DNA of 64,000 nucleotides from the NCBI GenBank assembly GCA_020536535.1, contig JAHLWZ010000833.1, forward strand, positions 26,349-90,348, written 5' to 3'. Source of the DNA: Pelomyxa schiedti (lineage: Eukaryota > Protista > Evosea). The position numbers were made by a program, and so were the translations under genes. The notes beneath the pieces were generated by a model, which had not been told where the DNA came from, ran no database searches, and saw only the letters and a program-made list of their open reading frames with translations. Of the stretch, positions 13,201 to 23,580 are shown piece by piece; positions within the stretch are counted from its first letter, which is position 1; the number at the start of each line of letters is the position of its first letter.

Positions 13201-13669
13201 TCGAGCCCAGAGAGGCTGGTACACACTTTGTGAAGTTCTCAATGCCTGGTCGTCAATTGATGTAAGTATTCCAATAAGAATAATAAATGTGCTCAACAAC
13301 AAAACATCACGAATTATGTATTACCCAATAACATTACATATTAAATACTTTTGGCAAGTGCACTCACCCAAGACCCATTTTTAAAAATGTAAATAGGTAT
13401 TCATCGTGGCCATAATCACGGCGCTTCTGGAAATACAGCAATTCGCGCAATTCATCGTCGCCGGGCCGTGCGGCGGCGTCAACGTAATTCTGGAGGACCA
13501 CCTGGGCGACGGCGCCACGTGCTTCGACGTCGACGCCAAGCTGCTGAGCGGGTGCTGGCTTCTGTTCGGAGCCTGCGTGGTGTATGGAGTAACCTCGGTC
13601 TGGGTCATGAGGGTGTGTCACCAGGCCTTGCTGGGAGGCAGGGGTAGGACCCCTACCTCTGTCAACTAA
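10215..13669 (+). CDS. Signal-peptide protein with a large luminal BPI/LBP-like region and C-terminal tandem PqiA (paraquat-inducible protein A)-like TM domains
   Basis: Signal peptide MILLRFSLFFFLLGFPLSLLSSAA is spliced in frame. PqiA-type motifs DALGKWSLIDSYVMIL and NAWSSIDV are present, with multiple TM helices. The BPI-like call is inference from the beta-rich pattern. Confidence 0.75.
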
Positions 13670-13709
13670 CCCTGGGGGGCGTTATGGGGCTTGGGTCTGG
13701 TCACTCCGT

Positions 13710-15142
13710 CTGGGAGTGGCACTCTCTGCCAATGGCTACAACCACAATAAGTGATGGATGTATTAATACTTGCATTTTTGATCTTTGGTTTTCTCCTTCT
13801 TGTCATGGGTGTGATTGACCAACTGGATCATGGGGGGCAAAGTGAAGGTCAGTGTTTTGCTCTCTGATAAACCAAGGGTGAAGAGAGTGAGGACAGCACC
13901 AAGGTTTTTTTTACCACTTCTGAGGAGAAGGTTCACCTGTGGGCAGAAGATTTTTGTACCAAAGCTATGCAAGGAGAAATTGGAGATCTCTTCCAATCAA
14001 TCTACCTCTTTTGCCACTAATGTCTCAACAACCTCCTGACTCTGAGGTGGAAAACATCATTACTTACTGTGGAGAGAAAAACACCATGAGGGCCAACAGC
14101 AGTGACTCTGAGAGTAATGGTGCAAAAGGATCTAAGAGAGGCTTCCAAGAACAGATATGAGGGGCATGGCACCTGCTCCTGCTGGTACTTATCTCATAAG
14201 GCAATGAACTCCAAAGTGTGGGAAGTATGTATTCTTCATAGCTTGTGCTGTGGGACTTACCTTGATAGGATTTTAAACCTGTTCTATCATAGTGGAAACT
14301 GTGATTGAGGCAAATGCCTGGTGTTGGAACTACACCTGGGCTTAAAAAACAAGCAAAATCAGAAGCAAAGACCATTGAATATCCACAACCAAAGAAATCA
14401 TTCTGCACTAATTATGAGCCTCTTCACCATTTGGTCAGATAACCAGTTTCAAGCAGCTAAAAAAAGCTCTTGTTTCCTTCCTGTGTAACTGAAAGTTTAT
14501 TTGCTGGGTTGTTGTATACAATGTTCAAGGTTGTAAACTTGTTACATGCACAGTAATGAATGTAATTCACCAGATTCCAATTTGAAGATTGTGCTCTTGC
14601 TGTGTACCAATAGCTCCACCACCTCTAAGAGATGATGACATACATCCTACCAACAAGTACTGTACAGTACAAGTGTTCAAGAAGTACCTCAAACTCCACC
14701 TTCTGTGACAACAACAACTTCAGTGCTAAAACCACCAAAAACCACAGTTTTTTTTTGTTTTAACTGTTTATAGAATATCTGGGGATTTCTCATTTCTCTT
14801 CTGAATTGCTGGTGACATTACAAGCTGCACTGTGAGACACAGACCTACAGCTTGCAGGAAAGTCATCTGCAAATGCACAAAGGAAAGCCATCTCTGACTG
14901 GGCTGCAAAAACTGGAAACATGGAAACAACAAAAACAGTGGTGGCTTCTATCAAAGAAAAGCAAGCACAAGCTGTTCCTCAGCAACAGTCATGCAAATGC
15001 AGACCTTTAGCTTCACAAGTGGCACCCATTCCCAAGGAGACTGCCACAGCACCTCAGCCAAAACAACCCCAAAAGCGTTAAAACCTTGGCTCCAGACCAC
15101 AATGATACAACCAACTTGAAAACCAGTGTCCTGAAAACACTC
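13710..15142 (+). pseudogene. Degenerate coding relic, CpG-free over 13710-15075; possibly TE-derived
   Basis: Short protein-like frames broken by stops. A GTCSC...H stretch near 14170 could be a decayed SWIM finger. No CpG seen in 13710-15075. Confidence 0.4.
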
Positions 15143-16460
15143 CAGTGGCTTGCAAAAGTTGTGAAAATTTTTTTGAAAAAATTGAACTGGGCAGAGGAGG
15201 GTGGTGTTGGCCGCAGAAAAGTCGCAGGCAACTCGTGTGTTGGTGGCTAAACAAGGAAACCGCATCCCGGGACAACTTTCGCATTTGTCGAAACCAAGTT
15301 AATGTCGGGACCGTTGTGGCGGTTTCCAATGTAGTACCAAAGTGTGTCGTTTTGTGCGGCTGCGCATTCTATTGGGTGTTCCGTGTAGGAACAATCACAC
15401 AACATTTTTTCGTCATTCCTTACAATCTTTGCGACAATATTTGTGTGGCTTGTGGCATTCAGTCAAGACTGGGGGTGAATTGGTCGATCTTTCTGGCGTG
15501 TATCGGCACTCGCTATGGTTTTAGCGACAATATTTCGACTGATATCGACACATGTGGCGACCTTTTCGGCAAAGCTTATCGACTTGGCGTGTCACTGTCT
15601 TCTCAGTGAATGGACCAGTGGGTTACACAGAAGCGGAACCAGGGCCTTTGAAGAAGGGGTGGCTCTTTCTACTGTATATGAATATAAGAAAAGACCACGA
15701 CATGGAGGAGGTCGGCCAACAAAGATGTCACCAGAGGTTCTATGTATGTTGAAAGAATTTATTTGTAAAGAAGGGTCTTCCACTAGAGCTGAACAAATCG
15801 AATTTCTGTTGGCTAAGACTGGAAAGCTATTCAAGTTTTGTTCCTTCTTCTATAATTTAATTGTAACAATGATCAAGTGTCACAAATATTTCACGAGCAA
15901 CAAAAAAACTAGGATTCAAGTTGCGCTATACAACTAAAAAGAAAATCGGCTCTGAAAATGAGGTGCTAGGGTTTTTTTTTCTTTGATTTTCATCTATCTC
16001 ACATAGTAGTTGTTTCCCTAGGGCTCTAGAATCTTATGGTGGTTGCACCCGATAACAGACATTTTAACTCCAGGGTTTGTTTGATCCTAATACCTGTCAT
16101 AATTATATTATTAACCAAGTCCTTGAAGGATATGCTCGATATGGATGAAATGGGCGGTGACATGAAATCAACATGCAGAAGGCAATGACATTCATTACCT
16201 GGGGGTCTGTCCGTGTCAAAATTGTCAGGCATCTTCAGTTTCCTACTTCTGGGATTGCCTAACTCCTCACATACAGCCATCTGCCTCCAAAAGGCTTAAT
16301 TTGATCATGGCTGCAGATATCAATGTTGGGGTGATTGCCCCTTTTGTCTTCTTGGAGAGTTTCAATGTTCATGGTTTTTATTGTTGGCTTGCCACACTTT
16401 TACTTCCTGCAATTCGAGGAAGACCCAGGGTGTGCCTGATGGATAACCACAAATCATTTT
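15143..16460 (+). mobile_element. IS630/Tc1-mariner-like DNA transposon relic with disrupted transposase
   Basis: Tc1-like left end CAGTGGCTTGCAAAAG at 15143. HTH linker GGGRPTKM, then NISRATKKLGF, first catalytic motif DMDEMG, and IAPFVFLESFN...WLATLLLPAI...VCLMDN (second Asp). Contains an in-frame stop; the third acidic residue and right TIR were not found. Confidence 0.8.
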
Positions 16461-17112
16461 TACGCAGACCTGTCAGCTCTCCTGATTTTGCCTGGAAGAA
16501 ACCTGCTTTGGGACCATCAAGCAAAATCTCCGTAAGAACACCAAACTTTTCCCGCCTATGCAGCACACAGTCATTACTTTGTTCCAGGACAAGTCTATCA
16601 AGTGTGTGCTTTTGGCACAATGTTTAAAGGAAACAGAAAGTTTTTCTTTTTAAGTGGTTTTTGTTGTTGGGTTAATGTGCACACTTGAAGCACTGTTTTG
16701 ATTGACAGGAAGCCGGTTGGTAACTTCTGTAGAAGACCCATTCCCTATTGCTTGATTCCAGTGGTTACTGCTAACGGAAAGTTGAAGCAGCCTCCAACGG
16801 CCTGTGGATAATCATGTCATTAGACTGTTGTTGATAGAAAACTGTGCCTTCATAAGCCTGCATGACAGAAACCAAAAAAGAAAGGACTGCTTTGGTTGTA
16901 TCAGTACTCTCACATAATGGTGTCATGTAAAGAATGAATTCTAAAACGCCAATGAAGATAATGAAAAGTGAAAGAATATAATACTTTTCAAAGCATCTGT
17001 GCCCGGGCTTTTTTCATTGGTGGTTCCTGAGCATTGGTACCTTTTTTAAAATAAGTTTGAGGTTGATAACTACATAATAAACCTTGGCTCTGACCTGAGT
17101 CTTGGTCATCCT

Positions 17113-17294
17113 CGATGTGAGGCATTCAGTGATTTCCCAAAATAAATCACCTCCATTTCGGTGGTTTGTTTATGTTCCTTACCCACCAATGGCCGTACTT
17201 CACTCTGTTGTCAATAATTTTTCAAAAGTGTTATGTGAGAAATACCTTGGAAGCATTACACTTGGCAATGCTGTAAGAAGAGTGATACCGGATT
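17113..17294 (-). pseudogene. Short copy (C) of the kinase-family relic also found at 18.6 and 22.5 kb
   Basis: Near-identical DNA to 18681-18820 and 22500-22690 and 22790-22815. Confidence 0.7.
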
Positions 17295-17462
17295 TGCAGT
17301 GGTGAGCACAATTTGTGTGCCAACTGTGTAGGATGTTACATTACGGAAAAGATACACCTTAGAGCATTTTCAATCAAGTGCCCAATATGTGCTAATCACT
17401 TCACACAAATTGACATCAAACATGCTGTAGACAATTCAATGTATGAGAGATTCAAGGCTTAG
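17295..17462 (+). pseudogene. Fragment of an RBR-type E3 ligase RING1 domain
   Basis: Translates as CSGEHNLCANCVGCYITEKIHLRAFSIKCPICANHFTQIDIKHAVDNSMYERFKA-stop, matching the C-x-H-x2-C-x2-C...YI..KI...I.CP..C pattern of RBR RING1. No start or IBR domain nearby. Confidence 0.7.
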
Positions 17463-17615
17463 AGCAAAGAAGTCTCTGATCAGGGAGGTGTACCTAAGAA
17501 TCTCTCATATGTTGAATTGTCAAGAGTACGTTTGATGTCAATTTGTGTGAAGTGGTTAACACCTCTTGGGCACTTGATTGGAAATGTTCTAAGGTGTATC
17601 TTTTCCGTGATGTAA
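17336..17615. repeat. Long inverted repeat (hairpin 1)
   Basis: 17336-17421 pairs with 17530-17615 (86 nt, 7 differences); 17430-17453 pairs with 17498-17521 (24 nt, 2 differences); 44-nt loop. Confidence 0.95.
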
Positions 17616-17737
17616 TAGAGATTAGGAGAGTGATGGAGGGAAGAATTACATTAATAATTCCCCTTATCACATCATAGACTTCTGTCATTGAAGGCTGTTG
17701 AATTGAATTGTTACTCAGGTCATGGCAATGTGACTTA

Positions 17738-17855
17738 TTGCCGGTAAGGAGTATCCTATAGGAGAGCTTCCCGAAATCACAAATGCTATTCTCTTGACTG
17801 GGAATAGCATTTGCGATTTCGGGAAGCTCTCCTATAGGATACTCCTTACCGGCAA
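17738..17855. repeat. Near-perfect inverted repeat (hairpin 2)
   Basis: 54-nt arms at 17738-17791 and 17802-17855, one mismatch, 10-nt loop. Confidence 0.95.
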
Positions 17856-18059
17856 CGAAAGAATAAACGTCACTAGCAGGCATGGGTACTATCAGAGGAT
17901 GAAACACGGTACTTGGTAGTATTGTTAGCTAACAGCAGTATCCGCTGTTAAATACAGTACTGTGTAGTGGGAATAAACGGATCAGATAATGCCACAGTCC
18001 ATATGGGAAAAAGGAAATAAAACGTTTGTGGGCTAGTTTGAGAATTAGTGCTAAAAGGG

Positions 18060-19370
18060 TAATCTAGGAGGAGAAACTGTGACATTTCCATGACCCCTCC
18101 CAAGCTTGGCATGCACAATCAGGCAAGCTTCTGTGGGCACTGCCCACAGTCGGACTAACCCCTAAGTAGGAAAGCCTACTTCCTCCCACATTGAGAAGTT
18201 CGCCAGACATCCACCGACTGCACCTCAGCCAATTTGCACATACATGCACCTGGAGAAGAGGGAATGCTAGTTGATAGGTTTCCTCCTGGAATCCAATTCA
18301 TTTGTACAACCAGATAGTTATCAGTAGTGAGAGCAATGTTGAGCGCGGTCACGAAATGGGTGTCGTTAGCCAGTAATTGGTGCGTTTCCTGCAAGTATAA
18401 TAATAATAAGGGTAAGGCAGTTGTTGCTCATACTATATTTGTTGTATCAGGTGCAATGAGTTCGTGTTTTCACCTGCCTGAATTCTCACCTACACACAGA
18501 AGCAACTCTGTCTAAGCACTCACGAGAAGCGGCTTCATTGCTTGCCCCTGCACGCACCCACATCCCTAGGTGATTTGCCTATTTGGAAAGATTAGGGCAC
18601 AACCAAAGTCATAATAGCTGCCAGCACCGATGGCTAAGTGATGTGTGGTTGTGGGCGGTGTTATTAATATCACATCTTCCTGCATTCAGTGATTTCCCAA
18701 AATAAATCACCTCCGTTTCGGTGGTTTGTTTATGTTCCTTACCCACCAATGGCCGTACTTCACTCTGTTGTCAATAATTTTTCGAAAGTGTGATGTGAGA
18801 AATACCTTCGGAAGCATTACACCAAGCATTTCATGTCAATGCCAGCTGGATAGATAAGCGTGGGCTTCAAACAACAACGCGTCCAGAGTGGAGTATGTTG
18901 ATTATTGGCTGCTGATTCTGCTTGCTACCGATTCCGCTGGATTCCGCGTATTCTGATTGATTGACAGGAGAAGGCAACACAAAAAGAGAATCCTCACAGA
19001 GCGTGTCGAGGATCGCGAGATTCATCCAGAGAGAGGTCTTATTGATATTAACTTTGCCGTGTATCGTCATCGAAGTCGAGTGAGAGGAAGCAACCACAAT
19101 GAAGCCCTAGGGAGTACCAGTAGCTCCTGAGTTCTTTCCTCCGCTCTGAGTATGTTCTCGAATGAATCCTTGGTGGAGCCTCATGAATGTGCCTTTGAAC
19201 TGGTCGCCGTTTGGCCACCACCTCCCACAATCCGTTGAAGGACGACCGCCGCGGTAACGCGTACTCCGCAACACCACGTCTCGTGGCTCTTTCTCGACAT
19301 TCCCAACTTGTGCTTTTAAAAAGAGAAAAAAATAAAATAACACGAAGTGTGGGAGTGTGACGATTTCTCT
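18060..19370 (-). pseudogene. Scrambled protein-kinase relic (copy A) with a MORN-like repeat
   Basis: Fragments WWPNGDQFKGTF (MORN-like), GAGSYYDFGCAL (subdomain VII), LVVQMNWIPGGNL (subdomain V) and SVDVW (subdomain IX), out of order and with stops. 18570-19360 is paralogous to 22376-23220. Confidence 0.65.
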
Positions 19371-21399
19371 CCAAGCTATCAGATTTAGTAAATCCGAATC
19401 GGGAAAACCCTTTCGAGAGAGTGCGGTGTGTGAGTTCTAGAGCACCGATGCTTAAAGGCCGAGCGGGAAAAAATCGAGCCGGGTTACTTTTTTGTGTGGT
19501 GGTTGTTTCGCGCTACTGAAGTTATCAGAATTGCGTAGCGGCCCAATCACCCGCGATTTTTAATTACGCATCGGCTGATGATTCAAACGAAGGTGTGAAG
19601 CGCAACTGGAGTACGCTGCACTACACCATGGCCGTGTTGCCTTATCGACGTAGACCACACGGAAAGATGGACACATTCCGTGCACGATGCCCAGCGTTTC
19701 TGTGCCACCAAAAAGGCAGCAAGACCCAATAATGGTACCCCAGCATTCACCCAACAGAGTGGCACACCAACACAGGTGGCTGCATGGTAACCGACACACC
19801 GGGGCCTGGGCTCCAACTGCCCCACCCCTAACTTGGTGTAGGCCGATCTGTGACACAGGCAGATTTGCGCTTGCCTAAAAACAAGGTTTCTGTGATGGAA
19901 CATGTAAGACACCGTGTCCAAAACAGAACCGTGGGCAGGAAACCCAGATATGGTACCTTGTTCGACTTTTTCCCCCTGCTCGGATTAAGCATCGCTGCTC
20001 TACCCGATTTGCCGGGCAGGTGCCAATGAGGGACCCTTGCCAAAAGTTTCAAAGTGCCACACCTGAGCAGCGCGTGTCAACCACTGGCAGCAGTGCCCTG
20101 CGTGTCCCTCTTGCATCAAACAAAACGCTGTACTTTTTCGTTTTCTTTTATACAGCCAAATAAACACGGAAAGAAAAAACACAACAGCGAAGGGGAGTTC
20201 TGAGATCTGAGTGCATCACAGACGGGGTGTCGGGTTTCCGGACGTCCGAGGTGAATATGGCAAAAAATACGCCCCCCGCTGTTGTGTCGGTTATACACAG
20301 TGTATAGCTGACTACGACCTGATGGGTCCCACCACCACCCTCCTCGGGTGGTCGGTTCGGACGGTGCAGGCGGCGGGTATGCCCCCTTGCGATGACGTCC
20401 GTGCAAATCATGCCCCGCCGCAACTGGTGGCTCCCTGCTCCGCCGTCGCTTGTGCAATGTCGTCTGTCGGCATCCGCCCAGTTTGTTCCCGTGGCCCCCC
20501 GTTTTCGTAATACCAACTTTTGGTCATCACATCAATCACTAAAAAGATCAGTGTAGGGCACTCCATAACCCAACCCGACCACCCACAGTGCCATGATCAA
20601 TAATGCTTTTGCTTGGGGGTGTTTACCTTACTTTTAATATATCTGCGGGGCTCTGCACTCTCTCTTTTGTATGCCCAAATTTTTACTACCCCCAGACTGA
20701 TTAGAGAGCCAGCAATGGTGAAAAGAAAGCTATGGTATTTTTTAGATGATTGTTATAATTACTAATCCAAAATTGCTGATGCAAAGGAAACCAACAAGTT
20801 GGTGAAGCCCACCACCCCACTACCCACTTTGTATCATGCCCCGCGCTTGTAAATGGTAGCTTCACCCAGTTTGTTGCTTTCTCTAAATTTTCTTTCTTCA
20901 GGGCCTTGTGTGTGTTCTTCACGGACAAGACAAGCAACGTTGTTCCACCGTGCAACTTGTAGTAGTACTTTCATCTTGAGAGTTTGGGCTTGTTGCTGGT
21001 GGTATCTTCTCGAACATCCTCTGGGTTTGAAGAACGTGCATTTACCATGGCGTTCACAAGCCAAGCAATAGATATAGCCCAACCAGTAATGACTCCTTTT
21101 ATCTTGACAACTCGTTGTTAACATACTTTCTAGTTGCTGGAGCAAAATCAGCTCAGGAAAACAAAACAGAAAATGATGACTGCGCAATCAATACGCAGCC
21201 ACAACATTTTCCTTTGTTCCTACTGCTCTCACAACGGGACCTTTCTTTATTCCTCAGCTCCCCAATCAAAAAGAATAAGGGAGGGATCCAAATTACACAC
21301 CACAACTAAACACTTGTTGTGAACGCCGAAAAAAAAAAGAAAAGGGTTCTTTTTTGCAGTGGCGGTTTTTTTTCCCTGGTGCTCCCTCCTCCTCCTCCT

Positions 21400-21880
21400 C
21401 CTATTTGAACCGGTCCGGTCGTTGGTGTGGAATGGGAGCTGGTGGCGATTGTGTGTGCTTGCTTGCTATGCGCGTCACTGTCACGCTTATGGTTCTCTCT
21501 GTCTCCTCCCATTTAGCTGCCGCTAGAATGAATGCCAGGGCAACCGCGTGGTGACTCCTGCATGGACCACCAGGCTCGACTGTGACCTGTGTGCCGTTGC
21601 ACCAGAATGTCGTACAGTGTGTTCTCGTCGTGTCAGCTCGCTACGGCCAAGCTGCAGCGCATAACCACGTAGAGCCGGAGAGGTGCCCACTCCAACAAAC
21701 ACACTCTCTTTTGCACAGGGTTCGATCCAGCCACACCCTAGTTGCAACAGCACACGCCAACACCAAACATGTGTGCCAAAGCGAACCCTACGGACCCACT
21801 TAAGCACCATGCCCAATGCCAACACACTGCCACAACCGTGGCACAGCCAGAGAGCCCCAAGCAAAAGAAAGCAAGCCAAG
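21400..21880 (-). pseudogene. Possible decayed member of a lineage-expanded hypothetical protein family
   Basis: Protein-like frames with stops; no domain firmly recognised. Confidence 0.25.
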
Positions 21881-22139
21881 CAAGCAAGCAAGCCAACCAC
21901 CACGTACAAAAAAAAAAAAAAAAATAAACAAAAAAAACAAACCTTTTTACTTGTCGGCAACTGCGGCGCCCCTAACATAGCAACCCAAACGTAACTTAGC
22001 CGCGCGGCCAAGTAGCCCCTGCGCTCGTTTCGTCGTGCGTGCCGCCGCGTCCTTGCCCAAAACAAAAGCCAATTTTGTTTTTTTGTTTTTTGATAAACGA
22101 AAATTCCTTTTCGCATCCGAAATGGATCTGAGGGCCAAA

Positions 22140-23420
22140 TCACTGCTCAGAGAGATAACCGTTGAGTGCCGATTGGTCGTGGCTCTGACAGAATCGAAGG
22201 TACGCCCACGCGAGAATCATTCCCATAACTGAGATCGGAAACATCCACAGACTCCCAAGCAAGGCTGCATACAGCCATTTACTAGCGGTAAATACTACTA
22301 CAAGGTATTGCGTTGTGGTACAACTTAATATCATTTGGGGTAAGGGATCAACACTTTGTGGATACAAAGTAAAAGGTGATTTGCCTATTTGGAAAGATTA
22401 GGGCACAACCAAAGTCATAATAGCTGCCAGCACCGATGTGGGCTAAGTGATGTGTGGTTGTGGGCGGTGTAAGTAATATCAGATTCCTAAGCTGTGAGGC
22501 ATTCAGTGATTACACAAAATAATGAATGCCTCACAGCTTAGGAATCTGATATTACTAACACCGCCCACAACCATACATCACTCCGTTTCAGTGGTTTGTT
22601 TACGTTCCTTACCCACCAATGGCCATACTACACTCTGTTGTCAATAAGTTTTCGAAAGTGTGATGTGATAAATACCTTTGGAAGCATTACACCAAGCATT
22701 TCATATCAATGACAGCTGGATAGATAAACGTGGCGATGCACCTGGCAGTCATGGGAAGATGAGTACCTAATTGGAATGAGAATCGGCAGTGCTGTAAGAA
22801 GAGTGATACCGGATTTGAATGCATATTGCCCACAAGTTCTTTAGGTTCAAACAACAACACATCCAGAGTGGAGTATGTTGATTATTGGCTGCTGATTCTG
22901 CTTGCTACCGATTCCGCTGGATTCCGCGTATTCTGGTTGATTGACATGAGAAAGCAACACAAAAAGAGAATCCTTGCAGAGCATGTCGAGGATCGCGAGA
23001 TTCACCCAGAGAGGGTCTTATTGTTATCAACTTTGCCGTGTATCGTCATCGAAGTCGAGCGAGAGGAAACAACCACAATGAAGCCCTAGGGAGTACCAGT
23101 AGCTCTGGCAAGTGCTACTGAGGACGAGCGCCGCGGTAACACGTACTCCGCAACACCTCGACATTCCCAACTTGTGCTTTTAAAAAAAAGAAAAAAATAA
23201 AATAACACGAAGAGTGTGGCGCAGGGGAAACAGGGAATAGGATTAGAACTCACACACCGCACTCCTTCTATCGACCTCTGAACTCTTTGGTGGAGATGAT
23301 AGGGAAAGGATTTGATGTGCCCTTTGATATGACCATTGGGTGAGCAGTAGAAGCCAGAAGCTACAACCACCTGTTGTCCTCTCTCCACTGAGCCCTGGAT
23401 ATGAACCCTGATTTTCAACA
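22140..23420 (-). pseudogene. Protein-kinase relic (copy B)
   Basis: HIGAGSYYDFGCAL and a frameshifted SVDV.SYGMILAW (subdomain IX); paralogous to copy A; contains stops and frameshifts. Confidence 0.65.
22446..22582. repeat. Inverted duplication (hairpin 3) inside kinase relic B
   Basis: 60-nt arms at 22446-22505 and 22523-22582, 2 differences, 17-nt loop. The right arm is absent from paralogs A and C. Confidence 0.95.
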
Positions 23421-23580
23421 GCTGTGTGTTTCTTTGCCGGAAATCCTCACATGCAGAAGAAGAAGAGGGCGACTTTTTTTTTATTATTTTTATTTTTGGC
23501 GGGGTTCTCTCGGGGCTCTCAAATCCACTCAAAACCGGAAGTAAGTTCTGTACATGGTAGAGTATGGGGAGGTCATAAAC

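Noticed and set aside
14160-14260. MULE/SWIM transposase assignment for the CpG-free relic
   Set aside because: Only a partial CxC...H pattern is present and no DDE core was found, so it is kept as an unassigned relic.
17494-17907. 137-aa minus-strand ORF
   Set aside because: It runs across both hairpins with no recognisable domain and is probably incidental.
20180-20700. GC-rich stretch with faint RNase P/MRP-like words (GGGAGTTCTGAG, CGGGGCTC)
   Set aside because: The P4 pairing and other conserved regions could not be assembled. An Infernal/Rfam search would be needed.
21715-21735. GGGTTCGATCC, T-loop-like motif
   Set aside because: There is no 5-bp T stem, D arm or acceptor stem, so it is not a tRNA.
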